Part shown: positions 33,662-42,635 of the stretch, one piece after another
Numbering within the stretch: the first letter of the stretch is position 1
Layout of the letters: each line of letters starts with the position of its first letter
From: Escherichia phage vB_EcoM_KAW3E185
Length of the DNA: 64,000 nucleotides
Direction: 5' to 3' (one strand)
Sequence record: MK373782.1
The notes under the pieces: generated by a model
What the model saw: the letters and a program-made list of their open reading frames with translations, nothing else
Database searches by the model: none
Told to the model about the DNA's origin: nothing
Position numbers and translations under genes: made by a program

Positions 33662-34125
33662 AAAGAGTCTCTTAATAGGTTTAACACGTCAATAAATTCA
33701 TCTTCAGTTAGTATTGTATCATCTTTTGTTAGGTGGCTGGCCATGCTGTGCTTCAAAATTTTTCCTTTAGAGGCTTGTAAGGCATCACGAAACCCCTTGT
33801 TTTGGATCGCGGCTTCAAAATATGCATTTGTGTATAATTCTTTCCACGCTTCAGAGTATCTTGAAAATGGAACTCCTAACCAGAAGAGAGTCCCACGGTC
33901 CTGAGCTCTTGCATAAGACCTTCCAGCTTGCTGTGCAGCCAATCCAGACAACCCAAATATACGTCTTTGTTGTTCAACATTTTTCACCTTACATCCTTGG
34001 AGAAATCCTTCAAGACCTCCGAATTGAATACCATCCATAACAAAAGGCCATTGAGCAAAGTTACTTAATGCACATGACGGCCATTTGAAATTACTTCTTA
34101 TTTCTAATTCAGACATCTTTAACAC
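33658..34125 (-). CDS. NADAR/YbiA-like domain protein (tentative)
   Basis: 155 aa; segment LSNFAQWPFVMDG resembles the YbiA FSNFAAWP...DG core; tentative without a profile search. Confidence 0.45.
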   Translation of the reverse strand: MLKMSELEIRSNFKWPSCALSNFAQWPFVMDGIQFGGLEGFLQGCKVKNVEQQRRIFGLSGLAAQQAGRSYARAQDRGTLFWLGVPFSRYSEAWKELYTNAYFEAAIQNKGFRDALQASKGKILKHSMASHLTKDDTILTEDEFIDVLNLLRDSL

Positions 34126-34327
34126 TTATAATTTCAACATCAGCCCAATGTCCGTATCCAGGTATACGGTCTTCGATAGATAAATTTCTGTCATTTTTAG
34201 GCATTTTAATTGACGTAACGTATGGTTCTAAACGGTTTTCCGCGTAATATGGAAAAACGTCAGTTACACGATAAGTAACTTCAATCATTTCCGTACCAAA
34301 CAATTTCTGGATTAATTTATTCAACAT
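34109..34327 (-). CDS. Hypothetical protein (72 aa)
   Basis: ORF only. Confidence 0.45.
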   Translation of the reverse strand: MLNKLIQKLFGTEMIEVTYRVTDVFPYYAENRLEPYVTSIKMPKNDRNLSIEDRIPGYGHWADVEIISVKDV

Positions 34328-34514
34328 GTTTCAACCCTTTAATAGGAGATAACTCTTTACCCATACGTATGTCAGAAGTCCCATCAACCCATTGAACAGC
34401 ATACGCTTCATTGATAATTCCAGCGGCAGTTTTAAATTCTTTGAGAACTTTAAAAATCATCCCAGGGATTCCAACACCTTTTAATTGGACTGTTTGTGCT
34501 ATTAAAAATTTCAT
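34317..34514 (-). CDS. Hypothetical protein (65 aa)
   Basis: ORF only. Confidence 0.45.
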   Translation of the reverse strand: MKFLIAQTVQLKGVGIPGMIFKVLKEFKTAAGIINEAYAVQWVDGTSDIRMGKELSPIKGLKHVE

Positions 34515-34568
34515 ATTTTTCCACTTACTAAAGAAATCATTATACTCTAATCCGTCCTTGGATGTACA

Positions 34569-35183
34569 CTACTTAATGAAATTAATTTCTACCGGATGAA
34601 CAACAGGTTGAGCAGTGATATATTGAGTAATTGCTTTCATGACTAGAGCTTCAGAACCAGGATTTTTCTCAACGAATTCACGTGCTAGGTTATGAGCTTC
34701 GAGTTCACTCAATAAACCGGAACGCTGGCATCCACGGTCTTGAGTACCCTGTTCAGATAAAAGGACTACTACATATTTTTCATCGTCGTAGGGCTTAGCC
34801 AGTTGAGCAAATGTTCCTTTACTTCCAAAAGGAGAGTTATGTCGCCACATCACGCCGTGAGGAGTTTCAACCTTCGTATATTCGTGCGGTCCATTTTTCT
34901 TAGTTTCTTGATGTGGAACTTCATAGACCTTAGGGTTAGGACATTCAATAAAATGCTCATCTAAATCGGTCGAGAATATTAAAGTAAAACAATTACTGAA
35001 TTTACCAACACCGGCCTGATAAATTTTACCTTCAGAAGTTCTAATTTCACAAACTGAGCCGGCATCAGTAACTTCTAAAACTTCAAAAGGCTCAATAAGG
35101 TCATATGAGAACATGTTTTTAAGGCGTGGAGTAATATCCCCATTTTTAAAATTCATTTTATAAAAAGTATTAACTTTAAACAT
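34569..35183 (-). CDS. Hypothetical protein (204 aa; start moved to MFKVN because the longer ORF runs through a terminator hairpin)
   Basis: SD gaggaa upstream of chosen ATG. Confidence 0.5.
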   Translation of the reverse strand: MFKVNTFYKMNFKNGDITPRLKNMFSYDLIEPFEVLEVTDAGSVCEIRTSEGKIYQAGVGKFSNCFTLIFSTDLDEHFIECPNPKVYEVPHQETKKNGPHEYTKVETPHGVMWRHNSPFGSKGTFAQLAKPYDDEKYVVVLLSEQGTQDRGCQRSGLLSELEAHNLAREFVEKNPGSEALVMKAITQYITAQPVVHPVEINFIK

Positions 35184-35195
35184 AATTTCCTCAGT

Positions 35196-35211
35196 GGGAG
35201 CCGAAGCTCCC
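35196..35211 (-). terminator. UUCG-loop hairpin gggagc-cgaa-gctccc
   Basis: Between two minus-strand ORFs. Confidence 0.5.
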
Positions 35212-35218
35212 AATTAAT

Positions 35219-35584
35219 TTAGATATCAAATTCGTTAAGAACTACATCAAAGATTGCTTCGAGATGTTCAGGTTTAGCTCGGTTACTCAGGATATGACGA
35301 ATCCAAGTTTTAACCAGAAGTTTACGATTAACACCATTCCAGCAAGGATGAGTACCTAAATCACGCTGACGGAAATCATCATCTAATGCAATTTTAAAAT
35401 TTGAACCTTCCATCGTGATTGAAACCGTGATACCATTTTCAAATCGCATATAAACGTAATTAGGAGTCATGCACTGTTCGATTTCACAAACTGTACCGTT
35501 TTCGTGTTTCCATAAGCAAATAACTTCAGAAGAACCAGCAATACCGTTAGAAACATATTTACGTTCGAAGTTGGTGTAGTTCAT
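35219..35584 (-). CDS. Hypothetical protein (121 aa)
   Basis: ORF with early-type promoter upstream. Confidence 0.5.
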   Translation of the reverse strand: MNYTNFERKYVSNGIAGSSEVICLWKHENGTVCEIEQCMTPNYVYMRFENGITVSITMEGSNFKIALDDDFRQRDLGTHPCWNGVNRKLLVKTWIRHILSNRAKPEHLEAIFDVVLNEFDI

Positions 35585-35625
35585 TTTATTCTCCAGATGT
35601 TTAAGTTGTTTGTTGGTACAGGTCT

Positions 35626-35654
35626 ATAATAACATAACCTGTACCAAAGTAAAC
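35626..35654 (-). promoter_or_regulatory. Early-type promoter (GTTTAC-N17-TATTAT) embedded in 8-bp inverted repeat
   Basis: ggtacagg/cctgtacc arms flank the -10. Confidence 0.45.
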
Positions 35655-35658
35655 TGTT

Positions 35659-36027
35659 TTATGCAACTTTAATCCAATTGTCTAAATTTAAAACACCTTT
35701 GGCTTTCATTTTTTCGATCAGGTTATCTGCTGTAATGCGTCCATTTTGATACCATGTAACATCTTCAGAGTAACCAGTTTCTTCGTCAACATATGTTTCT
35801 GAACGAATTTTACCGGTAATAATAGTTTTTAATTCATATGTGTCACCTGTGAAAAAGTTTGCTAACACAATTTTCCAAGAGAAATCATCTGAAGGACCTT
35901 CAGGGGTCATACAACCTACGAACTCAAATTGCTCTTTGTATAACATCCACTGGAATTCTTTAATTTCGATAGCTTTATAACCGTCGTGGTCTTTACATTT
36001 GATGTATGAGTTCAGATTGATTTTCAT
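35659..36027 (-). CDS. Hypothetical protein (122 aa)
   Basis: ORF with early-type promoter upstream. Confidence 0.5.
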   Translation of the reverse strand: MKINLNSYIKCKDHDGYKAIEIKEFQWMLYKEQFEFVGCMTPEGPSDDFSWKIVLANFFTGDTYELKTIITGKIRSETYVDEETGYSEDVTWYQNGRITADNLIEKMKAKGVLNLDNWIKVA

Positions 36028-36069
36028 TTTGTTCTCCGGTTTGTTTTATCGATTAGGTGGTACAAGTCT

Positions 36070-36098
36070 ATAGTAACACATCCTACAGGAGAGTAAAC
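36070..36098 (-). promoter_or_regulatory. Early-type promoter (GTTTAC-N17-TACTAT)
   Basis: Upstream of 122-aa ORF. Confidence 0.45.
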
Positions 36099-36135
36099 AT
36101 CTTTTTTAAACTTTTTCTGCCCTAAACGCACAAAA

Positions 36136-36153
36136 GGGAGACCGAAGTCTCCC
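36136..36153 (-). terminator. Terminator hairpin GGGAGAC-UUCG-GUCUCCC after small basic ORF
   Basis: Identical stem to 11652, 53055 and 61379 copies; T-run on minus strand. Confidence 0.6.
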
Positions 36154-36158
36154 TAAAA

Positions 36159-36338
36159 TTATGCAACAACCTTTCCAAAACGAGAAGCATCATCTCGAAG
36201 AACTGCACGTGCTCTGCGCATGATCTTCTCAACTGTTTGATTAATACGAGAGTTCGACCCACGCTTGTATCCAGCGCGTTTAGAGGTACCATCAACTTTC
36301 TTTTCAACTGCTTTCTTTGCTTTAGCTTGTTTTGCCAT
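36159..36338 (-). CDS. Small lysine/arginine-rich protein (59 aa, MAKQAKAKKAVEKK...), not in the supplied ORF track
   Basis: Hand-translated; ends at TAA immediately before a GGGAGAC-CGAA-GTCTCCC terminator; preceded by ~150-nt leader. Confidence 0.4.
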   Translation of the reverse strand: MAKQAKAKKAVEKKVDGTSKRAGYKRGSNSRINQTVEKIMRRARAVLRDDASRFGKVVA

Positions 36339-36494
36339 TATAAATTCTCTTTAAATGAAAATGCAGGACTTATTGACATTGCCTGCGCAAGCCCTCAAGG
36401 GGAACATAGGTTTTGGATATTTAACGACAGGATAACCATAAACCCGTCATCATACCAACCACGACTTAGACAGATAACCTTTTTCTGACGCGTG

Positions 36495-36523
36495 ATAGTA
36501 CAAAATACATTCAAGAGGTAAAC
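36495..36523 (-). promoter_or_regulatory. Early-type promoter (GTTTAC-N17-TACTAT) starting a ~150-nt leader
   Basis: Upstream of the small basic ORF. Confidence 0.4.
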
Positions 36524-36601
36524 CGTAAAACTGCCGGGGACTTAAAACTATAATGATTCGCAAATCATTAATCAGACAGTTCGACGGCTCCTCGATTTAA
36601 C

Positions 36602-36850
36602 TTACTTTAGGGTAATAACAAAATGACGTACTGCTTTACGAGCTGCAGAAGCCAAAGGCTTAGCATATTTCAGTTCATCTTTTGCTTCCAGTTCAGAGGC
36701 CAAAGCTGCCTGGACCGGGTTCAGATGTTTGAAATATCGCAGGATTTCAAGAGCTTCGGCTTCAACATCGATAGATGCGCCATAGTTTTCGTGACCATTA
36801 TTCCATGCGTTACGTTGCAGTTCAAGAGCGTGTTGTAATTGTTTAATCAT
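36602..36850 (-). CDS. rIII: rIII lysis-inhibition accessory protein
   Basis: 82 aa (T4 rIII length), adjacent to gene 31. Confidence 0.75.
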   Translation of the reverse strand: MIKQLQHALELQRNAWNNGHENYGASIDVEAEALEILRYFKHLNPVQAALASELEAKDELKYAKPLASAARKAVRHFVITLK

Positions 36851-36974
36851 TTTAAATTCTCAATTCGAGATAATATTTAGTAGCCACGTTCGACTGAATT
36901 TCACCTTCTTTCGACAGGTCTCTCAGTTGTAGGCTACCGCTTAGAAGAGTGTTCTCTTCATATAGTTATTTATA

Positions 36975-37307
36975 TCACTTATAAAGACACGGAATAGCTT
37001 TATAATGGCATGTTACGAATTTCTGTTTAATTTCTTTAGGTTGTTTAAGTCCCAAAGCCACAAATGGATGTGGAACATTTCGAATTTGTCCAACTGGTAG
37101 TGGAGTCAAATCACCGACTTCAACAAAACCTTCAGGAACATCAGGACCTACAGAATGAACTACACATAGTTCAGGAACTTCACCTTGAACACGTTTACCA
37201 ATCACAAGTCCTGATTCGGTAACTTCTTCATCACCTGCTTGAGCGGGTTCAGAAACCAGAATGACATATTCACCAACAGCACGAATTGGGAGTTGTACTT
37301 CAGACAT
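36975..37307 (-). CDS. 31: Co-chaperonin gp31 (GroES analogue)
   Basis: 110 aa, position next to rIII, middle-type promoter upstream. Confidence 0.85.
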   Translation of the reverse strand: MSEVQLPIRAVGEYVILVSEPAQAGDEEVTESGLVIGKRVQGEVPELCVVHSVGPDVPEGFVEVGDLTPLPVGQIRNVPHPFVALGLKQPKEIKQKFVTCHYKAIPCLYK

Positions 37308-37337
37308 CTTATTTCCTTGTTGTTTGACGATAGATTA

Positions 37338-37363
37338 ATAATACCATACTATTCGTAAAGCAT
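37338..37363 (-). promoter_or_regulatory. Middle (MotA-box) promoter of gene 31
   Basis: Minus strand ATGCTTTAC - 11 nt - TATTAT, SD aaggaaa downstream. Confidence 0.5.
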
Positions 37364-37364
37364 A

Positions 37365-37673
37365 TTACATAAGAAGCAAACGTTCTACCGGAGTACCATC
37401 AACCGAAATTACTTTATCAAGGCGGAAAGAACGCCACTGACCTAACTTGGTATCGAATGCTCGAACTGATTCACGAGGTTCAGAACGAACTTCTGATGCC
37501 GGATTGTTATTTTCATATTTGACTTCAAGTTCATCGCGAGAAGCAAACATAGTGCGTACCTCACCGTTAGCCTTTTCAAATACAATACAATGAACGCCTA
37601 CAGACAGAATAGTTTTAATACGTTCACGAAGAACCATAGTTTCTTTTTCAGTTAAAATCATATTATTCACCAC
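37365..37673 (-). CDS. Hypothetical protein (102 aa)
   Basis: ORF overlapping start with cd. Confidence 0.5.
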   Translation of the reverse strand: MVNNMILTEKETMVLRERIKTILSVGVHCIVFEKANGEVRTMFASRDELEVKYENNNPASEVRSEPRESVRAFDTKLGQWRSFRLDKVISVDGTPVERLLLM

Positions 37674-38244
37674 AAAAGTTTCGGATTTGTTCCCAATTCA
37701 GAGAACGAAGATTATTACGAGAGTACTGAATTACTTCAATACCGGCTTGTTTTAGAATGTCTGCCCAATTTTCAGGAGATCTGTCATATAATTCTGCGTA
37801 TACAACCTTTTTAATACCTGACTGTGTAATAGCTTTAGTGCAATCAGGACATGGAGAAAGCGTCGTATATAATGTAGCACCTTCAATAGAATTACCTTTA
37901 CGAGCTGCAAACAAAATTGCATTCAATTCAGCATGGATTTCGTTATTAGCAGACCATGCACTATGAGCGGCCCGATGTTCTTTAGCCAAAACAAAATTAT
38001 CTGCCCGTCCAAATGCTGTAGTGCCTTCTTTATGCCCAGCAACGATGACCGGGCTTGGTTTATTCTTCAACCAACCGTTTTCGGATGCATGTTCGCAACA
38101 GTTTGTACCACCTGAAGGAGAGCCATTATAACCTGTAGAAATAATGCGTCCATCTTTTTCAATGACGGCGCCAACTTTCCATGAACAACATTTTGATTCT
38201 TGAGAAATCAGATATGCAATCTGAAGGTATGTGCTAGCTTTCAT
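37663..38244 (-). CDS. cd: dCMP deaminase
   Basis: 193 aa; zinc-binding motifs HAELNAI and PCPDC. Confidence 0.9.
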   Translation of the reverse strand: MKASTYLQIAYLISQESKCCSWKVGAVIEKDGRIISTGYNGSPSGGTNCCEHASENGWLKNKPSPVIVAGHKEGTTAFGRADNFVLAKEHRAAHSAWSANNEIHAELNAILFAARKGNSIEGATLYTTLSPCPDCTKAITQSGIKKVVYAELYDRSPENWADILKQAGIEVIQYSRNNLRSLNWEQIRNFCGE

Positions 38245-39236
38245 TATTGAACCTTATTAATATAAGTTAACAGCTCTTTAGTTTGTTCCCAACTGATGCA
38301 CGCATCGGTAACGGAAACGCCATAGGACATATTATCAGAAATTTTTTGATTTCCTTCATGTAGGAACGATTCTATCATAATTCCTTTGACCAAATCATTA
38401 GCTGCTAAATTTTTACCAATACCAATTTGATTGCTATAATGCCCATCAGCGTTTGCATGGCTACAGTCAACCATTACATAATGATTCAGACCTACTGCCC
38501 TTGCTTTGTTAGAAGCTTCTTGAATATCAGAAGAATGATAGTTCGGGCCGTTGGTCCCGCCACGCAATACGATATGCGTATTCTGATTACCTTCAGCTTC
38601 AACAATGCCTACAGTACCATCGACGTCCATACCCATATACCGATGAGGCCAGGCGGCACTATACATCGCGTCTGTAGCTACTTTAATAGAACCATTGGTT
38701 GCGTTCTTGAAGCCTACGCACATCGGTAGACCTGAAGCAATTTCACGATGTGTCTGACTTTCAGTCGTACGGGCGCCAATAGCAACCCATGAGAAAATAC
38801 CAGAAAGATACTTAATCGTGAATGGGTCTAATACTTCAGTTGCTAATGGAAGTCCCATACGTAGAAGTTTACGACACAATGTTCGTGCAACTATAAGACC
38901 GTGGTTCATATCAAAACTTCCGTCAAGATATGGATCATTTACAAGACCTTTCCAACCTACGGTAGTTCGAGGCTTTTCAAAATAAACGCGCATCACTAAC
39001 AGAACATTAGGAAGACGAGTTTGAAGTTCAGCCAGACGTTTGCCGTATTCAACAGCAGCAATAGGGTCATGAATTGAACAAGGACCTACAACAATAAGTT
39101 TGCGTGGGTCTTCACCATTCATAATCGAATTAACTTGTTCGCGATGAGAAGCCACTTGTGATGCGTAAGCTTCCGACAAAGGAATAATCTCAGCCAGTTC
39201 TTTTGGAGAAATAAGTTTTCCGACGACAGGTAACAT
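38244..39236 (-). CDS. 3-deoxy-D-arabino-heptulosonate-7-phosphate (DAHP) synthase, class I (AroG/F/H-like)
   Basis: 330 aa; motifs VVGPCSIHD, KPRTTVGWKG, GARTTESQ, VGFKN, HIVLRGG, DCSHANA, IESFLHEGNQ, VTDACISW; stop overlaps cd ATG (TAATG). Confidence 0.85.
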   Translation of the reverse strand: MLPVVGKLISPKELAEIIPLSEAYASQVASHREQVNSIMNGEDPRKLIVVGPCSIHDPIAAVEYGKRLAELQTRLPNVLLVMRVYFEKPRTTVGWKGLVNDPYLDGSFDMNHGLIVARTLCRKLLRMGLPLATEVLDPFTIKYLSGIFSWVAIGARTTESQTHREIASGLPMCVGFKNATNGSIKVATDAMYSAAWPHRYMGMDVDGTVGIVEAEGNQNTHIVLRGGTNGPNYHSSDIQEASNKARAVGLNHYVMVDCSHANADGHYSNQIGIGKNLAANDLVKGIMIESFLHEGNQKISDNMSYGVSVTDACISWEQTKELLTYINKVQ

Positions 39237-39244
39237 AACAATCC

Positions 39245-39370
39245 TTAGGAGATATAAACAGATTCTGATTCAACAATACCTTTAACCGGATTAGACAGGC
39301 TAAGTTGGTAGTGCTCAGATTTATGACCATTCTCGATAGTAATGAGATAGCTCTCATTATAGTGTTCCAT
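39245..39370 (-). CDS. Small hypothetical ORF (~41 aa, start uncertain)
   Basis: ORF only; longer version would overlap upstream gene by 77 nt. Confidence 0.25.
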   Translation of the reverse strand: MEHYNESYLITIENGHKSEHYQLSLSNPVKGIVESESVYIS

Positions 39371-39593
39371 ATACTCGAGTTGCTTCAACAAGACCATCAC
39401 TGCATAATTTAAGATTAGTAATTTGGTCACCATCTTTAGGATTAACGATTATGAGAAAAGAACGTGGAGATTCTTGAATAACTCGTAATGTTGCATCTTG
39501 GAAACGTTCAGACACTTTATTGATGAGTGCTTGAGCAAATTCTTTTACTTTAATCTGAAATTCGTGTACTGTAATTGGGTTTTCACTTAGCAT
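39357..39593 (-). CDS. Hypothetical protein (78 aa)
   Basis: SD gaggaaa; early-type promoter upstream. Confidence 0.5.
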   Translation of the reverse strand: MLSENPITVHEFQIKVKEFAQALINKVSERFQDATLRVIQESPRSFLIIVNPKDGDQITNLKLCSDGLVEATRVYGTL

Positions 39594-39620
39594 TTCTATT
39601 TCCTCATTTGTTGGTAGAGT

Positions 39621-39650
39621 TATAGTATCACAACTCCACCATGTTGTAAA
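39621..39650 (-). promoter_or_regulatory. Early-type promoter (GTTTAC-N18-TACTAT)
   Basis: Upstream of 78-aa ORF; flanking imperfect inverted repeat. Confidence 0.45.
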
Positions 39651-39653
39651 CCA

Positions 39654-39929
39654 TTAAATTGCTTTGCATTCAATTTTTTGTGTACCGAAATTGATATCAC
39701 ATTGGATAACTAAATCGCCGTCAAGATCAAATACCACGATGACGTGTGCAGACCCAGGGAGAAGAGTAATAGCAATAGAATCTACTTGGTCTGGGAGCAA
39801 AGCATTGAGTACATGAGTTACTTGAGCATGAACTCTGAGTTCGGCTGCGTTATCAAGCACTTCAAACATATTATTAGCAATAATCTGACTGAAGACTACC
39901 TTTACAATTTCAGAATAAGTTGGGAACAT
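39654..39929 (-). CDS. Hypothetical protein (91 aa)
   Basis: ORF only. Confidence 0.5.
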   Translation of the reverse strand: MFPTYSEIVKVVFSQIIANNMFEVLDNAAELRVHAQVTHVLNALLPDQVDSIAITLLPGSAHVIVVFDLDGDLVIQCDINFGTQKIECKAI

Positions 39930-39936
39930 AATTACC

Positions 39937-40161
39937 TCAGTGCACAGTATTTACTTTAACTCGAACAACAAATCGCTCGGTTGGTTCACCTACAGGAACA
40001 AACTCTACATGATATTCACCTTTGTAACGAGTATTCAGATCATTACGAATTCCTGCGAGTTTGTTGATTAATGTAGGACTCATATTAAGTCCCACTAGTT
40101 TACGAAGCATTTTGTATGCTTCATCTTCGATTTCATGATGTTTATCGTACATAGTTTTCAT
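39937..40161 (-). CDS. Hypothetical protein (74 aa)
   Basis: ORF only. Confidence 0.5.
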   Translation of the reverse strand: MKTMYDKHHEIEDEAYKMLRKLVGLNMSPTLINKLAGIRNDLNTRYKGEYHVEFVPVGEPTERFVVRVKVNTVH

Positions 40162-40332
40162 TTAACCATTCAATTGCCTGGTCGACGTTATCAAATACAC
40201 CGCCATCCAAACGTTCTTCATGCTCATAGTCCAGCACATCAATACCGAACTGTCCATTTACTAAAGGCCATGCTACAAACAAATATTCTTTATGATGTTC
40301 GATGGCCTCAATCACTTCATATAATCGTTTCA

Positions 40333-40333
<1 letters not shown>
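40142..40333 (-). CDS. Hypothetical protein (63 aa)
   Basis: ORF only. Confidence 0.45.
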
Positions 40334-41419
<1,086 letters not shown>

Positions 41420-41420
<1 letters not shown>

Positions 41421-41719
41421 TATTTGATTCCTAAGAAAGCTTCAAGAATACGAATGTTGAGTTCGCGCCGGTCTTTATTAATTTCAGCAACGTTTTTATT
41501 AATTGACGTACTTCTAACGTTTGAAGAAATAAATTTAATCATATGACTTTTGAGTTGTTGCAAATCCAACCCTTTTTCTTTAGCAGCTTTACGAAGAGCT
41601 TTACCTGCTTCATCTAGTGCCTTTGCTGCATCTTTGTCATAATCTACAAGTGTCATTCCACGGCAGATATCAATATACTCATCAGACCGTTTGATGTAAT
41701 TCTCTAGTAATGTTTTCAT
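41420..41719 (-). CDS. Hypothetical protein (99 aa)
   Basis: ORF with early-type promoter upstream. Confidence 0.5.
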
Positions 41720-41746
41720 TTAGATTTCCTCAATTATCCATAGGAG

Positions 41747-41776
41747 CATTATACTCTGCTCCCGAGAGTTTGTAAA
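41747..41776 (-). promoter_or_regulatory. Early-type promoter (GTTTAC-N18-TATAAT)
   Basis: -10 flanked by ggagca/tgctcc inverted repeat. Confidence 0.45.
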
Positions 41777-42001
41777 CTATTTTACTAAAGATTCAATATA
41801 CTCATGAAGAGCTTTAGTCGCTACTGCCCACTTATTCTGATATTCATTTTTCAGATTAGCACGAGACTGAACTAACAAGCGGTCATTAGTCGGAGGCAAA
41901 GATTCTAATCGTTGAATCTGGCGTCCATAAATCATAGCCGCCATTTCAGATTCATAGATAAGCCCTTTAATGTATTCATGCTGTTCTTTAGTCATTGGCA
42001 T
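41777..42001 (-). CDS. Hypothetical protein (74 aa)
   Basis: ORF only. Confidence 0.45.
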   Translation of the reverse strand: MPMTKEQHEYIKGLIYESEMAAMIYGRQIQRLESLPPTNDRLLVQSRANLKNEYQNKWAVATKALHEYIESLVK

Positions 42002-42282
42002 TTTTCCTCTTTTAAACCACTACGATAATAACATAACATAGTCTTCTGGTCATGTATATATCTTTTTACGTCGTTTAACCAGATACGAAATTCTTGAGAG
42101 TCTTCAAATGGCATTCCAACCCACGGATTACCATCAATAACCTTTACTTGCCATTTCTGGTTGTATTCGGAAATAGGCGTAGGCCATGAAGGATGTAAAG
42201 TTTCTTTAGGGCTTACTGGCACATCCTGAGTACATCCAACTAGGAGACCAATAGATAATACAGCCACAGTTAATTTAATCAT
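41992..42282 (-). CDS. Outer-membrane spanin-like lipoprotein (o-spanin candidate)
   Basis: Signal peptide with lipobox LLVGC; directly downstream of i-spanin candidate. Confidence 0.55.
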   Translation of the reverse strand: MIKLTVAVLSIGLLVGCTQDVPVSPKETLHPSWPTPISEYNQKWQVKVIDGNPWVGMPFEDSQEFRIWLNDVKRYIHDQKTMLCYYRSGLKEEKCQ

Positions 42283-42635
42283 TCTGAGAGCTTCCTGAGG
42301 TCTTCTGCAAAGGAATCGAAGGACCTGTTGATTTGTTTTTCGACCAATCCTGGCTTACTTGCCACCACGTTCTTCTTCTTCGAATCCTTACGGAGCTTTT
42401 CATTTTCAGCCTTAAGTTGGTCAACTAAAACACGGTTCTTATAAGTCATTTCTTCGATTGACTGATATTGAATCTTGAAGTCGTCTAATACTTTAGCATT
42501 GTTTTTAGCAGTCTCTTTAACAGAAGCCAATTCAGTATTCAGCGAATCGACTTTATGGTTCAGAAATGCTATTGTTACAGTAGCAACAACTGCAAAAGCT
42601 GCTACTATAGCGTAAATAGGATTTACTTTAAGCAT
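42279..42635 (-). CDS. Inner-membrane spanin-like protein (i-spanin candidate)
   Basis: 118 aa; N-terminal hydrophobic TMD (IYAIVAAFAVVATVTIAF) followed by charged coiled-coil-like segment. Confidence 0.55.
   Translation of the reverse strand: MLKVNPIYAIVAAFAVVATVTIAFLNHKVDSLNTELASVKETAKNNAKVLDDFKIQYQSIEEMTYKNRVLVDQLKAENEKLRKDSKKKNVVASKPGLVEKQINRSFDSFAEDLRKLSE

Noticed and set aside
35219-36027. Possible paralogy of the 121-aa and 122-aa ORFs (shared C-M-T-P motif)
   Set aside because: Similarity limited to a 4-residue motif and general composition; not enough to claim a duplicated family.
36122-36307. Track ORF of 61 aa on the minus strand
   Set aside because: Wrong frame; hand translation shows the SD-initiated ORF is 36159-36338 (59 aa) ending at the terminator hairpin.
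36967-36974. Minus-strand TATAAATA between gene 31 and rIII
   Set aside because: It would give a >110-nt leader for rIII with no other support; kept as unconfirmed, not listed as a feature.
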